Shown piece by piece: positions 10,600 through 20,232 of a stretch of 64,000 nt of DNA; positions within the stretch are counted from its first letter, which is position 1, and each line of letters starts with the position of its first letter. Source of the stretch: a virus; the IMG/VR virus record IMGVR_UViG_3300022555_000027, positions 1 through 64,000 of that record. One strand, written 5' to 3'. The position numbers were made by a program, and so were the translations under genes. The notes below the pieces were generated by a model. It saw only the letters and a list, made by a program, of their open reading frames with translations, did no database searches and was not told the origin of the DNA.

Positions 10600-11508
10600 A
10601 TGAAAACCTGCTCCTCAAGCCTTCTGGCCCACCTTCAGGGGGAAGTCACGCAGCTTTGCTCGCTGTGGCTGATCACCCGTACCGATGGGACGGTGATGGG
10701 CTTCACTGATTTCCAGAAGGACATCGTGTACGGCGGCAACACCTACGCCTCTAAGAGCGGCTTCACACGCACCGCAATCAAGACGACTTCCGACCTGTCC
10801 GTGAATAACATGGAGGTCGAAAGCATTTTTGATAGCGACTACATCGCTGAGGTTGACCTCCGGGCCGGCAAGTATGATTACGCACAGGTCGTCGTCTACA
10901 CTATGTGCTGGGCGCACCCAGAATGGGGTGTCATTATCATCCAAAGTGGCACGCTAGGCGAAGTCACCCTCCAGGATCAGACCTTCAAGACAGAGCTTCG
11001 GGGCCTCACCCAGCCCTATGCCCAGAGTGTAGGAGAACTCACGACCCCGACCTGCCGGGCGGACTATGGGGACAAGCGATGCACACTGACCCCTCCGACT
11101 GGGACAGGAACTGTCACAGCAATCACAAGCCAGTGGGAAATCACTTCTGACAATACGAGCCAGTGGAGTAGCGGTAGCGCCAAGTTTACATCCGGCGCCA
11201 ACACAGGATGGACCGTTGAACTGATGTTGGCAACAGCCGGAACGATCAACTTCTTCCTGCCCGCACCTTATACCATCCAAATAGGAGACGCGCTCCTGTT
11301 CACGGGTGGCTGCAATAAGACGCTCGCCAACTGTACCACCAATGGAAACATCGCCAACTTTCGGGGCGAGCCTTGGATACCGGGCAACGATGCCATTTAC
11401 AGCATCCCAGATGCACCGCCGCCTGCACCTGCACCTCCGCCACCGTCCGTAAGCAGTGGAACGGTAAACCAGAAGACCACTTCGTCCACGACTTCAACAG
11501 GGGGCTAA
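10600..11508 (+). CDS. baseplate hub protein, DUF2163/BR0599 family (RcGTA g13-like)
   Basis: 'W.I.R.DG...GFTD', 'CRA..GD.RC', 'GC.K....C...N..NFRGEP.IPG'. Confidence 0.9.
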   Translation: MKTCSSSLLAHLQGEVTQLCSLWLITRTDGTVMGFTDFQKDIVYGGNTYASKSGFTRTAIKTTSDLSVNNMEVESIFDSDYIAEVDLRAGKYDYAQVVVYTMCWAHPEWGVIIIQSGTLGEVTLQDQTFKTELRGLTQPYAQSVGELTTPTCRADYGDKRCTLTPPTGTGTVTAITSQWEITSDNTSQWSSGSAKFTSGANTGWTVELMLATAGTINFFLPAPYTIQIGDALLFTGGCNKTLANCTTNGNIANFRGEPWIPGNDAIYSIPDAPPPAPAPPPPSVSSGTVNQKTTSSTTSTGG

Positions 11509-11509
11509 T

Positions 11510-11932
11510 ATGGCGACGCGCAGACAGGTCGTTGACGAAGCCCGGAAGTGGGTAGGGGTCAAGTGGCGTCATATGGGGCGTGACCGGGCCGGTATTGATT
11601 GCGGCGGCCTTGTATGCAATGTCGCCAACGCCCTCGGCGTCGAGCACATTGACATGCGGATATACTCTCATGTCCCGGATGGGTTTGAGCTTCGTGCCGT
11701 CATGGACAAGTGCCTTGACCGGATTGACCACACGGCGGCCCGCTACGGGGACCTTGTTCTCATGAGATGGGACCGTATGCCAGTCCACATTGGCATCCTC
11801 TCTGACACCTACCAGCCCCTCGGTCTGATCCATGCCTACGCGGCAATGAGGGGGGTGGTCGAGCACACCTTCTCCGGTGAGTGGCCGGCTCGGACCTGTG
11901 TCTACTTTTCGTTTCGTGGCTTGGAGGATTGA
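11510..11932 (+). CDS. NlpC/P60 cell-wall peptidase (RcGTA g14-like)
   Basis: 'ARKWVG..W.H.GR...GIDC.GL', 'HIGI', 'LIHA'. Confidence 0.9.
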   Translation: MATRRQVVDEARKWVGVKWRHMGRDRAGIDCGGLVCNVANALGVEHIDMRIYSHVPDGFELRAVMDKCLDRIDHTAARYGDLVLMRWDRMPVHIGILSDTYQPLGLIHAYAAMRGVVEHTFSGEWPARTCVYFSFRGLED

Positions 11933-11935
11933 CCA

Positions 11936-14800
11936 ATGGCAATGATGATCGTTGTCGCCATCGTCATGATGGCGGTTTCCTACGGCGTCTCGATGCTGAT
12001 GGCTCCTGGCCCGCAGCACAACAACTCGTCTTCGTCGAGCTTGCAGGAAGGCTCCCGCCTGTCCGACCTGTCTGTTCAGACGGCAAACTACGGCGCGTCC
12101 ATCCCCGTGGTATGGGGGGCGATGCGCTTCGCCGGGACTGTGCTGTGGTCACGCCCTATTGACGAAGAGACGACGACCTCCACCACGGTGACGACGATCA
12201 CCCAGACAAGTAAGAGCGGTAAGGGCGGCGGTAGCAAGAGCACGTCAACAAGTTCGTCAACGGACATACAGATTACCTACAACTACTTCATCACTATGGC
12301 GTCCGGTATTTGCGCGGGACCAATCGCAGCGATCACCAGGGTATGGGCGAACAGCAAGCTCGTGGTTGACCTGACACCAGGGAACCCAGGGCTGAAGTAC
12401 AAGTACGCTGAAAACATTTACACCTTCTATGAGGGCAACCCAGGGCAGGGGATTGACCCCACGATGTCGAGCTTCGACACCACTCCTCAGACACCGTCCT
12501 ACCGCGACTGGGCTTACATGGTCGTAAAGAACTTCCCTCTAGCCGACTTCGGGAACTCAATCCCCCAGTTCACCTTTGAAGTTGTCAGCACAGCTGTCCA
12601 GATTAGCACGGGCAACTTGGTGACAGGGACTTACGGAGCCGCCCCGGGAAATGCTCAGTTTTTCGTGGCCGACCCCAACGGTGCCCTTGCGGTATCAAGC
12701 CAAGGGGCGCACGTCCTAATAGGCGTGAACCGCCTGTCAAACCAGACGATATGGACCTTTGACACGTCAACCCAGACACTCAATTTCAAGACAGGCTGGT
12801 TCTTTACAGGAACCGGGTTAATTGTCAACGGTGTGTTCTGGGCGTGCATGATGACAGGTAGCAACTCACAGTTCTACTTGGTTGGATTTGACGTGAACTC
12901 CGGGCAACAGACACAGACTATAAATCTGTGCCCAGCGAGCGTGTCGTACCTATACTTCTTCGTCTCTGGCATCATGTGCATTGACGGCGCAATCATCCCT
13001 GTTGGCGACCCTGAGACAGATTGTTCGGCTTACCTGTCCTCGGGGACCTTGGTAAAGACGGGCGGCGACTACTTCGTGTCTTGCACGGGTTCGACGAGCG
13101 GGTACGGAGTTGTGCTCTCCACAAGCACTCCTATGACAGCCGATGGCAAAACCTTCATTGGCATCGTCACTACGGACGGCTGCACTTCCAATGGACAAGA
13201 TGCAATCCTTCTCAAGTCGGGCCTGACCCTAACCAATTACAGCGGGACGCCAACAACCTACATGACGGGGACAGGGACAGCCGCATTTATGGACCTCGAC
13301 AGTGGTCACGTCATCGTTGTGACCGTCGATAGTTCGTGGGGACGCGGTGGTATCTGGCGTGTCGATCCTGCATCATGGACGGTCCAGGCGGCCATCCTGA
13401 ACATGGATGGGCCAATCTTTAGCATTACCGGCTCTGGCGGAACGAATACAATCACCACCTCTGTTGCGCTTTCACAAGCGTATATCGGCGGGTTCATTGA
13501 CGTATCTGGCGTCGGGACCATCATACCGGATGGGACGTGGATTACCGCAATCAGCGGGTCTACCGTTACCCTAAGCAACGCACTCATGTCAGACGTGGCC
13601 GGAAATGTTGCCCAGATTGAAAGCTCAAACTGGGGCGGCGGCATGACGACCGCGAGTTCACAGAATGCCCCGACCCTAAATACGAACTTCAACACGGTGA
13701 CTAATAGCCGAACGGTGATGTTGAACGTGGCAACAATGATGCCGGTAAAGAGCGTCAAGTTGAGCACAGTGAACTGGACAAATGGCTCAGGGTCAACGAT
13801 GTATGACTACTGGTACGACAGCTATACATGCTCGTCTTACGTTAGAGACCAAGGAGTATACGTCCTCGATCTCGGTCGCCAGACCGCAGGGGCCATAACC
13901 GATGGGGATGTGGTTGCTTGGCTGTCAGGGATGGTTGGTGTCACAAACATCGACGTGAGCCAGTTGACTGACACCTTCAATGGCTGGTTTCTGTCCAAGC
14001 AGGCGCGAGTAAGGGATTGTCTTGACCAGTTAAAAACCTGCTTCCTTTTCGATGCTGCGGAGATTAGCGGGAACATAGTCTATCGCAAGCGCACCAACCC
14101 GGTTGTCACCTGGAATAACTTCACGGGAACGGTCCCATTCGAGGACATCACCTTCAAATTGGACGGTAACAAAAACTCCAATATGATCAAGGAAAGTCGC
14201 CAACAGGAAATCGAGATACCCCGTCGCCTCACCGTGAGGTATGCGAACTATGACAACGCCTTCCAGGCTGGTAGTCAGGTTGCCCAGCGGATGATCAAGA
14301 CCACCGAGGCTAAGGGGGATATGACATTCGATACCCCGCTCTGCATCACTGATAGCGTAGCCGCAAACATGGCCCAGCAAATGCTTGGAACCATGTGGAG
14401 TGAGCGAGCAGCCGTTGAATTTATGCTACCTCCTAAATATATGTTACTCGACCCGACCGATGTCATCATTATAGAGAAGATCGACCGTGAGGTTGGGCCA
14501 TCATCCGGCACGAACAACGGGACGTTGACCTACATATCAGTGCGGCTAACAGAGGTATCACTCCTTGAAGGATACATCGTAAGCTGCAAGGGGGTTGTAA
14601 CTAACAGCGTGAGCACAGACGAATATGTTGATATTGGTGGCCTCGTTTCCTCGAACTACGTCGCACCTACTATGACGCCCCAGGTGATTAATCCGATCCC
14701 AGCATCGGCTATAACGATGAACTATTCGACAACGGCAACATCTGGAAACTGGATGCCAAACACCGCCTACTCGGTTGGCACCATCGTTACCGGTACATAA
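11936..14800 (+). CDS. central tail tip/host-specificity (megatron-like) protein, N-terminal part
   Basis: 'YGASIPVVWG.MR.AG..LW', 'P.YR..AY.V...PLADFGN.IPQFTFEV', 'R.QE.E.PR...V.Y'. Confidence 0.85.
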   Translation: MAMMIVVAIVMMAVSYGVSMLMAPGPQHNNSSSSSLQEGSRLSDLSVQTANYGASIPVVWGAMRFAGTVLWSRPIDEETTTSTTVTTITQTSKSGKGGGSKSTSTSSSTDIQITYNYFITMASGICAGPIAAITRVWANSKLVVDLTPGNPGLKYKYAENIYTFYEGNPGQGIDPTMSSFDTTPQTPSYRDWAYMVVKNFPLADFGNSIPQFTFEVVSTAVQISTGNLVTGTYGAAPGNAQFFVADPNGALAVSSQGAHVLIGVNRLSNQTIWTFDTSTQTLNFKTGWFFTGTGLIVNGVFWACMMTGSNSQFYLVGFDVNSGQQTQTINLCPASVSYLYFFVSGIMCIDGAIIPVGDPETDCSAYLSSGTLVKTGGDYFVSCTGSTSGYGVVLSTSTPMTADGKTFIGIVTTDGCTSNGQDAILLKSGLTLTNYSGTPTTYMTGTGTAAFMDLDSGHVIVVTVDSSWGRGGIWRVDPASWTVQAAILNMDGPIFSITGSGGTNTITTSVALSQAYIGGFIDVSGVGTIIPDGTWITAISGSTVTLSNALMSDVAGNVAQIESSNWGGGMTTASSQNAPTLNTNFNTVTNSRTVMLNVATMMPVKSVKLSTVNWTNGSGSTMYDYWYDSYTCSSYVRDQGVYVLDLGRQTAGAITDGDVVAWLSGMVGVTNIDVSQLTDTFNGWFLSKQARVRDCLDQLKTCFLFDAAEISGNIVYRKRTNPVVTWNNFTGTVPFEDITFKLDGNKNSNMIKESRQQEIEIPRRLTVRYANYDNAFQAGSQVAQRMIKTTEAKGDMTFDTPLCITDSVAANMAQQMLGTMWSERAAVEFMLPPKYMLLDPTDVIIIEKIDREVGPSSGTNNGTLTYISVRLTEVSLLEGYIVSCKGVVTNSVSTDEYVDIGGLVSSNYVAPTMTPQVINPIPASAITMNYSTTATSGNWMPNTAYSVGTIVTGT

Positions 14801-14810
14801 GGAGCCTGCC

Positions 14811-16622
14811 ATGATCGGCGCATATCAGTGCATCCAAGCGGGCACCTCAAATGGCCCGAGCAAAACCTGGGCGGCGAACACTGCCTTCGTGAAGGGTGAT
14901 CAGGTTAAGGTCGGTGGCAACCTCTACAAGTGCGCGACCGGGGGCACGAGTGGAACTGTTGGCCCGACAGGGACCTCAACTACCTACTCGGTATGGGACG
15001 GGTCTGTTGGGTGGGTATTCGTGGCGACCTACGGCCTCAGCGGAACAGGTGCGAGCATCACGGACGGAACCTGTCTATGGAAGTACGTTGGGGTGGCCAA
15101 TGCAACGGCATCGGGAACCAGCAATGGAGGGGGCAGTAGCTCCGGCGGCATCGCCTATAGCATCCCTACGTCCTTCCTGATGCTCAACGCCCCAAACGTG
15201 GGGCAGGCGAATGACGTTGGCGGCTTCTGGATGTGTGCGGGGCCTTCCTACGGGGCCGGGAAATCCTTTAGCCAGTGGAACGGGTGCGTCGTGTTCCGCT
15301 CCACAGACAATGTGACGTGGAACCAGTGGAAGGCCATCACGAAGCCGGCTGCGATGGGCACCGTCCAGGGCACAGTTCCCGGCCCTGCGAGCGGGTGGGA
15401 AGACTGGGATATGAGCACGGCCCTGACCGTAACATGGAACTACGACTACGGCTTCGAGAGCAAGACAGACCTCGACGTGCTAAACGGAAACAACGTGCTG
15501 CTTATTGGGTCAGAGATTATCCAATTCGCAAATGTGTCCTTCGTGAATGGTGATCCAACTCAAACAGTATTCACCCGTCTATTGCGCGGCAGGCAATGCA
15601 CAGATAGCTCAATTTGGACACACGCAAGTGGTGAGACTGCAATAGTTATTGACACAAGTGCGTTTACCTATTGCTCCGACATTTCTGAGCGTGGGATGGC
15701 AAGGTATTACCGGGCAACAACCGTTGGAACGGATATGGCCTCGTCAAATACCGTCACGTTCACCAACACCAGTGCCGGCCTTATGCCTTACAGCCCGGTC
15801 CAGATCAAGGCTACCTTCGATGGCAGCTTGAACCGGACTTTGAAGTGGTTCCGGCGGTCCCGTGTGCAGGGTGGGTGGGCTGAGAGCGTTGACGTTCCGA
15901 TGGCCGAGACCACCGAAAGTTATGACATCGAGTTCTGGAACAACGGGGCGGTCGTTCGGACGGTGAGCGGCTATGTCAACAGCACCCCTTCAGCCCAGCC
16001 GACCATCACCTACAGCGCCGCGAACTACGCCGCTGATTACCCGAGCGGCCTGAAGATACCCCTGCTGTTGGCAGATACCGGCGCCGAGACCACGGACTGG
16101 GCCGACTGGCATATAAGCTCTGGCAGCATCGGAGTGGGACATGACACGTCCTCTGGCGTCACACCCCACGCTGGGACGGCGATGTTCCTGACAGGGACGG
16201 CCAGTCTCAATTCGATGTATCAGATCGTGAACATGATGGAGAGCGTCACAGTCGATGACCTCAGACAAGGCTTAACGCTGTTGATCGAGTGCTACATCGC
16301 GCAGACGGCAACCAACGCAAACACTTCTTCCGTTGTTGCAACCTTCTATGACTACGCAGGCACAGCGATTGGCACTGTAACTACGGGCTTGCAATCGTTC
16401 ACCGGAAGCACCACATGGAAATATGTTAGCGCATCGGGCGTCATCCCTGTGGGAGCGCGCACTGTCAAGGTGGCGATGTCTACCAATGTAACGGCTTACA
16501 CTGGTTCCATCTACTTTGACGATCTCGCGATCTCGGTGACTTCAACCTCACTAGCTCAAGTCATCATATACGAGCTTTCGTCCGTTGTCGGGCGTGGCTA
16601 TCCGGGGAGCGCCGTCCTATGA
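14811..16622 (+). CDS. tail tip (megatron-like) protein, C-terminal part with carbohydrate-binding-like inserts
   Basis: RBS TAAGGAG; 'EIIQF....L.LLRGR..T', 'P.SPV', 'W.RRSR..G.W....DVP..E..E.Y', ends 'S.VVGRGYP'. Confidence 0.8.
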   Translation: MIGAYQCIQAGTSNGPSKTWAANTAFVKGDQVKVGGNLYKCATGGTSGTVGPTGTSTTYSVWDGSVGWVFVATYGLSGTGASITDGTCLWKYVGVANATASGTSNGGGSSSGGIAYSIPTSFLMLNAPNVGQANDVGGFWMCAGPSYGAGKSFSQWNGCVVFRSTDNVTWNQWKAITKPAAMGTVQGTVPGPASGWEDWDMSTALTVTWNYDYGFESKTDLDVLNGNNVLLIGSEIIQFANVSFVNGDPTQTVFTRLLRGRQCTDSSIWTHASGETAIVIDTSAFTYCSDISERGMARYYRATTVGTDMASSNTVTFTNTSAGLMPYSPVQIKATFDGSLNRTLKWFRRSRVQGGWAESVDVPMAETTESYDIEFWNNGAVVRTVSGYVNSTPSAQPTITYSAANYAADYPSGLKIPLLLADTGAETTDWADWHISSGSIGVGHDTSSGVTPHAGTAMFLTGTASLNSMYQIVNMMESVTVDDLRQGLTLLIECYIAQTATNANTSSVVATFYDYAGTAIGTVTTGLQSFTGSTTWKYVSASGVIPVGARTVKVAMSTNVTAYTGSIYFDDLAISVTSTSLAQVIIYELSSVVGRGYPGSAVL

Positions 16623-19351
16623 GCACGTCACCCAATCTCGGCATCACGCACATTGACGTGAGCCAAGCCCAGAAGGAAGTCACGGCCAACGCCGCTTTCG
16701 ACGCCTTGGACCTTGCGATCACCGGGATGGCTACCGTTGCGTTGACCACGACAACGGCCACTGTCTCTTCGGCAATTGCAACCAGTTGCACGACGATGAA
16801 GTTTACCGGAACGCCCGGAGGGACATGCATCGTCACAGTGCCGGCAGCGAAAAAGGACTGGTTCATTGTCAACACGACGGCTTCCGCGCTCCTCCTGACC
16901 ACCGGCTCAGGCACCACGGTTAGCGTGGCCGCAACGAGCAATGCCCTGATCTACTGCGACGGGACCAACGTCATCGCCATCGCCGCAACCACCATCGCCA
17001 TGGCCTTGTCCGGTCTGACCGACTGCTTGATCAGCACCCCGACCAATGGCCAGTACCTGACCTATAACACCACAGCCTCGAAGTGGGAGAACACCTCCCT
17101 GACCGTTGTGACGGCCCTGAATGCCCTGACCGACGTGAACGTGACGGAGGGTAGTGGCATCAATGGCTTCGCCCTCACTTGGTCGAACAGCACCAGCAAG
17201 TGGGTCGCGTCGGCAATCACCAGCACCCTTGCCGGATGCACTGACGTGAACGTGACGGAAGGTAGTTCCATCGACGGTAAGGCGCTCACCTGGAACAATT
17301 CGACCAGCAAGTGGGTGGCGACTGCGATCTCGACCTCTTTGTCTGGCTGCACTGACGTAAATGTCACCGAAGGGTCGGGTATCAACGGATATGCACTCAC
17401 CTGGAATAATTCGACCACCAAATGGGTGGCGACTGCGGTTACAAGCAGCATCGCCGGCTGCACAGACGTGTCCATCTCCAGCCCGACCAATGGCCAAGCC
17501 CTGATTTATAACAGCGGGACCGCCAAGTGGGTCAACGCTGGGTATACTGCTCCTTCCCTTGAAGCCCTCAGTGACGTGTCTGTTTCCAGCCCAACGGCTG
17601 GGCAGAGTATCCAATGGAGCACGGGCTCGGCGAGGTGGGTGGCGTACACCCCGGTCACGACAGTTGGGACCTTGACCGATGTTACCGTTTCAAGCGCGGC
17701 GAATGGGCAGGTGCTTACCTGGGTTTCATCCGCTGCCAAGTGGGAGAACGTGGCCATTCCCGCTCAGTCACTAAGTGGCTTGGCCGACGTGAACTTGACC
17801 AGCATCGCGAACGGGCAGCAACTCGTATGGAGCGCCTCGACCACCAAGTGGGTGAACAGTACCCCGGTCACGGCCCTTTCCGGTTGCTCGGATGTTACGA
17901 TCTCCAGCCCGTCTGGTTCCCAGGTGCTTGCCTGGAATGGGACGGATGGGAAGTGGGAGAACACCACCATCGGTGGCCTCGTTGTGACCACCCTTTCCGG
18001 CTTGACCGATGTGAACGTCACCGAAGGCGCCGGGATTGATGGCAAGGCCCTGACATGGAGCAATTCGACCAGCAAGTGGGTAGCATCATCGCTCACGACC
18101 ACCCTCGCCACCCTCACCGATGTCAACGTGACCGAGGGCAGCGGGATAGACGGTAAGGCCCTGACCTGGAATAACAGCACCAGCAAGTGGGTCGCCGCCT
18201 CAGTAGCCAGCGCCCTTTCCGGCTTGTCCGATGTCAACGTGACAGAGGGGTCAGGTATTGACGGCAAATACCTCAAGTGGAGCAACGGAACGGGGAAGTG
18301 GGTGGCAACCCTCCCGGCCCTTTCGGACCTGTCCGACGTTTTCATCGTCGAGGGTAGCACAATCAACGGCTACGTTCTGATGTACCAGAACGTTTCGTCG
18401 AAGTGGGTTTCCGGTGCCTTCACCTTGAAAAACCTTGCGGATGTCGCTGTCTCTGAGAACTCTGGCGACAACGGAAAGGCCTTGATATGGAATAACTCGG
18501 TTGCGTTGTGGCAACCGGGGACGCCATCACTTGCCCTTTCGGCATTGACTGATGTAAACTTCACAGAAGGTTCCGGGATTGATGGTAAGGCACTCACCTG
18601 GAGCAACTCAACATCGAAGTGGGTGGCCACGTCTATCGGAACGTCCTTGGCCGGGATGACCGACGTGAACGTGACTGAAGGCTCAGGGATAAACGGTTAC
18701 GCCCTGACCTGGAGCAACTCGACAAGCAAGTGGGTGGCTACTTTAATAAGTAGTGGTTCATCGACACTATCCGGCCTGACCGACGTGAATGTTTCGGAAG
18801 GCAGTGGTATAGATGGGAAGTACCTGAAATATGACAACGCATCATCCAAGTGGATTGCCGGAACCCCGTCTGGCGGTGGTGGTGGGTCGCCAACCCAATA
18901 CTACTCTGGCACCACTTCAGCATCCACAATCGACCCTACAACGACCTCATATCCCTACAAGGTGGCAGGCAACACTCCACCAGCCGCGACTGATGGAACC
19001 CAGGTTCTTTCTCTTTCCTGCGCCGCTACGTCTACTACTCAAAACATGTGGATACACGCACAGGTTCATGGTGGGTGCTTCACGACGGCGGACTGCTTCT
19101 GGGTCACGGTACTTGCTGGTTCCACTGTGATCTATGTGGGTATATGCGACAATAATCAATCGAGCATGGGAACGCTAACGTCGTTTGATTTTCAATACAC
19201 ACCAGGAACAACAAGCGCAGTGACCTATACTGTACGTGTTGTTCCAATGGGTTCGACTTATAATTACAAGGTCTATTTCAACGGAGGCAGCGCAACATCG
19301 GGAAGCGTAGGCTTTCTGAGCAACATCATCATAACCCCCGTCAACACGTAA
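16619..19351 (+). CDS. tail fibre / receptor-binding protein with DUF2793-like N-terminus and 17 internal repeats
   Basis: 'TSPNLG......QAQKEVT.N.A...LD' N-terminus; repeats 'L..LTDVNVTEGSGIDGKALTWxNSTSKWV'. Confidence 0.8.
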   Translation: MSTSPNLGITHIDVSQAQKEVTANAAFDALDLAITGMATVALTTTTATVSSAIATSCTTMKFTGTPGGTCIVTVPAAKKDWFIVNTTASALLLTTGSGTTVSVAATSNALIYCDGTNVIAIAATTIAMALSGLTDCLISTPTNGQYLTYNTTASKWENTSLTVVTALNALTDVNVTEGSGINGFALTWSNSTSKWVASAITSTLAGCTDVNVTEGSSIDGKALTWNNSTSKWVATAISTSLSGCTDVNVTEGSGINGYALTWNNSTTKWVATAVTSSIAGCTDVSISSPTNGQALIYNSGTAKWVNAGYTAPSLEALSDVSVSSPTAGQSIQWSTGSARWVAYTPVTTVGTLTDVTVSSAANGQVLTWVSSAAKWENVAIPAQSLSGLADVNLTSIANGQQLVWSASTTKWVNSTPVTALSGCSDVTISSPSGSQVLAWNGTDGKWENTTIGGLVVTTLSGLTDVNVTEGAGIDGKALTWSNSTSKWVASSLTTTLATLTDVNVTEGSGIDGKALTWNNSTSKWVAASVASALSGLSDVNVTEGSGIDGKYLKWSNGTGKWVATLPALSDLSDVFIVEGSTINGYVLMYQNVSSKWVSGAFTLKNLADVAVSENSGDNGKALIWNNSVALWQPGTPSLALSALTDVNFTEGSGIDGKALTWSNSTSKWVATSIGTSLAGMTDVNVTEGSGINGYALTWSNSTSKWVATLISSGSSTLSGLTDVNVSEGSGIDGKYLKYDNASSKWIAGTPSGGGGGSPTQYYSGTTSASTIDPTTTSYPYKVAGNTPPAATDGTQVLSLSCAATSTTQNMWIHAQVHGGCFTTADCFWVTVLAGSTVIYVGICDNNQSSMGTLTSFDFQYTPGTTSAVTYTVRVVPMGSTYNYKVYFNGGSATSGSVGFLSNIIITPVNT
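17005..18865 (+). repeat. 17 tandem ~35-40 aa coding repeats in the tail fibre
   Basis: Counted in the translation; recognisable at DNA level (gacgtgaacgtgacngaagg..., accagcaagtgggt); boundaries approximate. Confidence 0.85.
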
Positions 19352-19364
19352 GGAGGGCCGTGAG

Positions 19365-20219
19365 ATGCCGCCCATTACTCCGATCCCGGTTCCGCCGTCA
19401 ATGTGGGACATACTGAACACGATAAACGCCGCCAGCGTCATCGGGATGCTGGTAGGCGTAATCCTCTACTATGTCGCCATTCGGGTCAGCCGCCGCGATG
19501 TCGTCTTGTTGATCACCAATCTGTGGTCGGTGTGGCTGGGGAAGGGGATACCGGCACAGCCGTCCAAGCCGACGCCGCCGGCCCCCTTGGAAGATGTCAT
19601 CCCGGCTCACCTGATCCCTAAGCATGAGATTGAGTTCATGAGGATCATGTCAACTGGAATGTCGGTGGGTTTCATCTTCATTGACAACACGCAAACCATC
19701 CGGGTCTTCAACCCAACCGCCGAAGACATCTTTGGGTATAGCTCGGAAGAGGTAATAGGGGCGGACCTGTCCCTCCTAATGCCGCCCCCGGATGCTGACC
19801 GGCATCACTTCTACATCGACCAGTACCGAGAGCAGCGCAACTACAAGCGCGTATCCCGCACGGTGGGGAAGACGCGACCGGTCATGATCAAGAAGTCGGA
19901 TGGGAAGACGGAACTTGTGATGCTTTCCATCACAGATGTTCAGAACGGCATTAGCGGGTTCGTCGGCCTAATCTGGAGGCAGGATGTCCACCCAGTACAG
20001 ACTGTGGCAGTGGTTCCTGTTGTGCCGCGCCAGGAGGCCATCATACCCATGAACTCGAACGCTAAGGAATTGGTAAGGCCGGCTAGGCCTGAACCGTTGC
20101 TGAACTTTTCAGCAACTACGCGCAGGGAGATTGCGGCTCTGGCCGTTTCGCAAGAAACGGTGAAACTGCGGTCCGAGAACTGTGAACTAAACCGAGGCGC
20201 ACTTGTGCGCACAAATTAG
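19365..20219 (+). CDS. membrane-anchored PAS-domain protein (FixL heme-PAS-like)
   Basis: N-terminal TM helix (AASVIGMLVGVILYYVAI); PAS 'FNPTAEDIFGYSSEEVIGADLSLLMPPPDADRH..YI..Y...G..R......DG....LSI'. Confidence 0.8.
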   Translation: MPPITPIPVPPSMWDILNTINAASVIGMLVGVILYYVAIRVSRRDVVLLITNLWSVWLGKGIPAQPSKPTPPAPLEDVIPAHLIPKHEIEFMRIMSTGMSVGFIFIDNTQTIRVFNPTAEDIFGYSSEEVIGADLSLLMPPPDADRHHFYIDQYREQRNYKRVSRTVGKTRPVMIKKSDGKTELVMLSITDVQNGISGFVGLIWRQDVHPVQTVAVVPVVPRQEAIIPMNSNAKELVRPARPEPLLNFSATTRREIAALAVSQETVKLRSENCELNRGALVRTN

Positions 20220-20232
20220 AAAGCAGGCTTAA

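Noticed and set aside
9913-16622. Gene transfer agent cluster
   Set aside because: A very long tape measure, full replisome, RNR and lysis genes indicate a true phage.
16619-19351. Diversity-generating retroelement target
   Set aside because: No reverse transcriptase and no TR/VR pair with adenine-specific mismatches in the window; the repeats are ordinary coding repeats.
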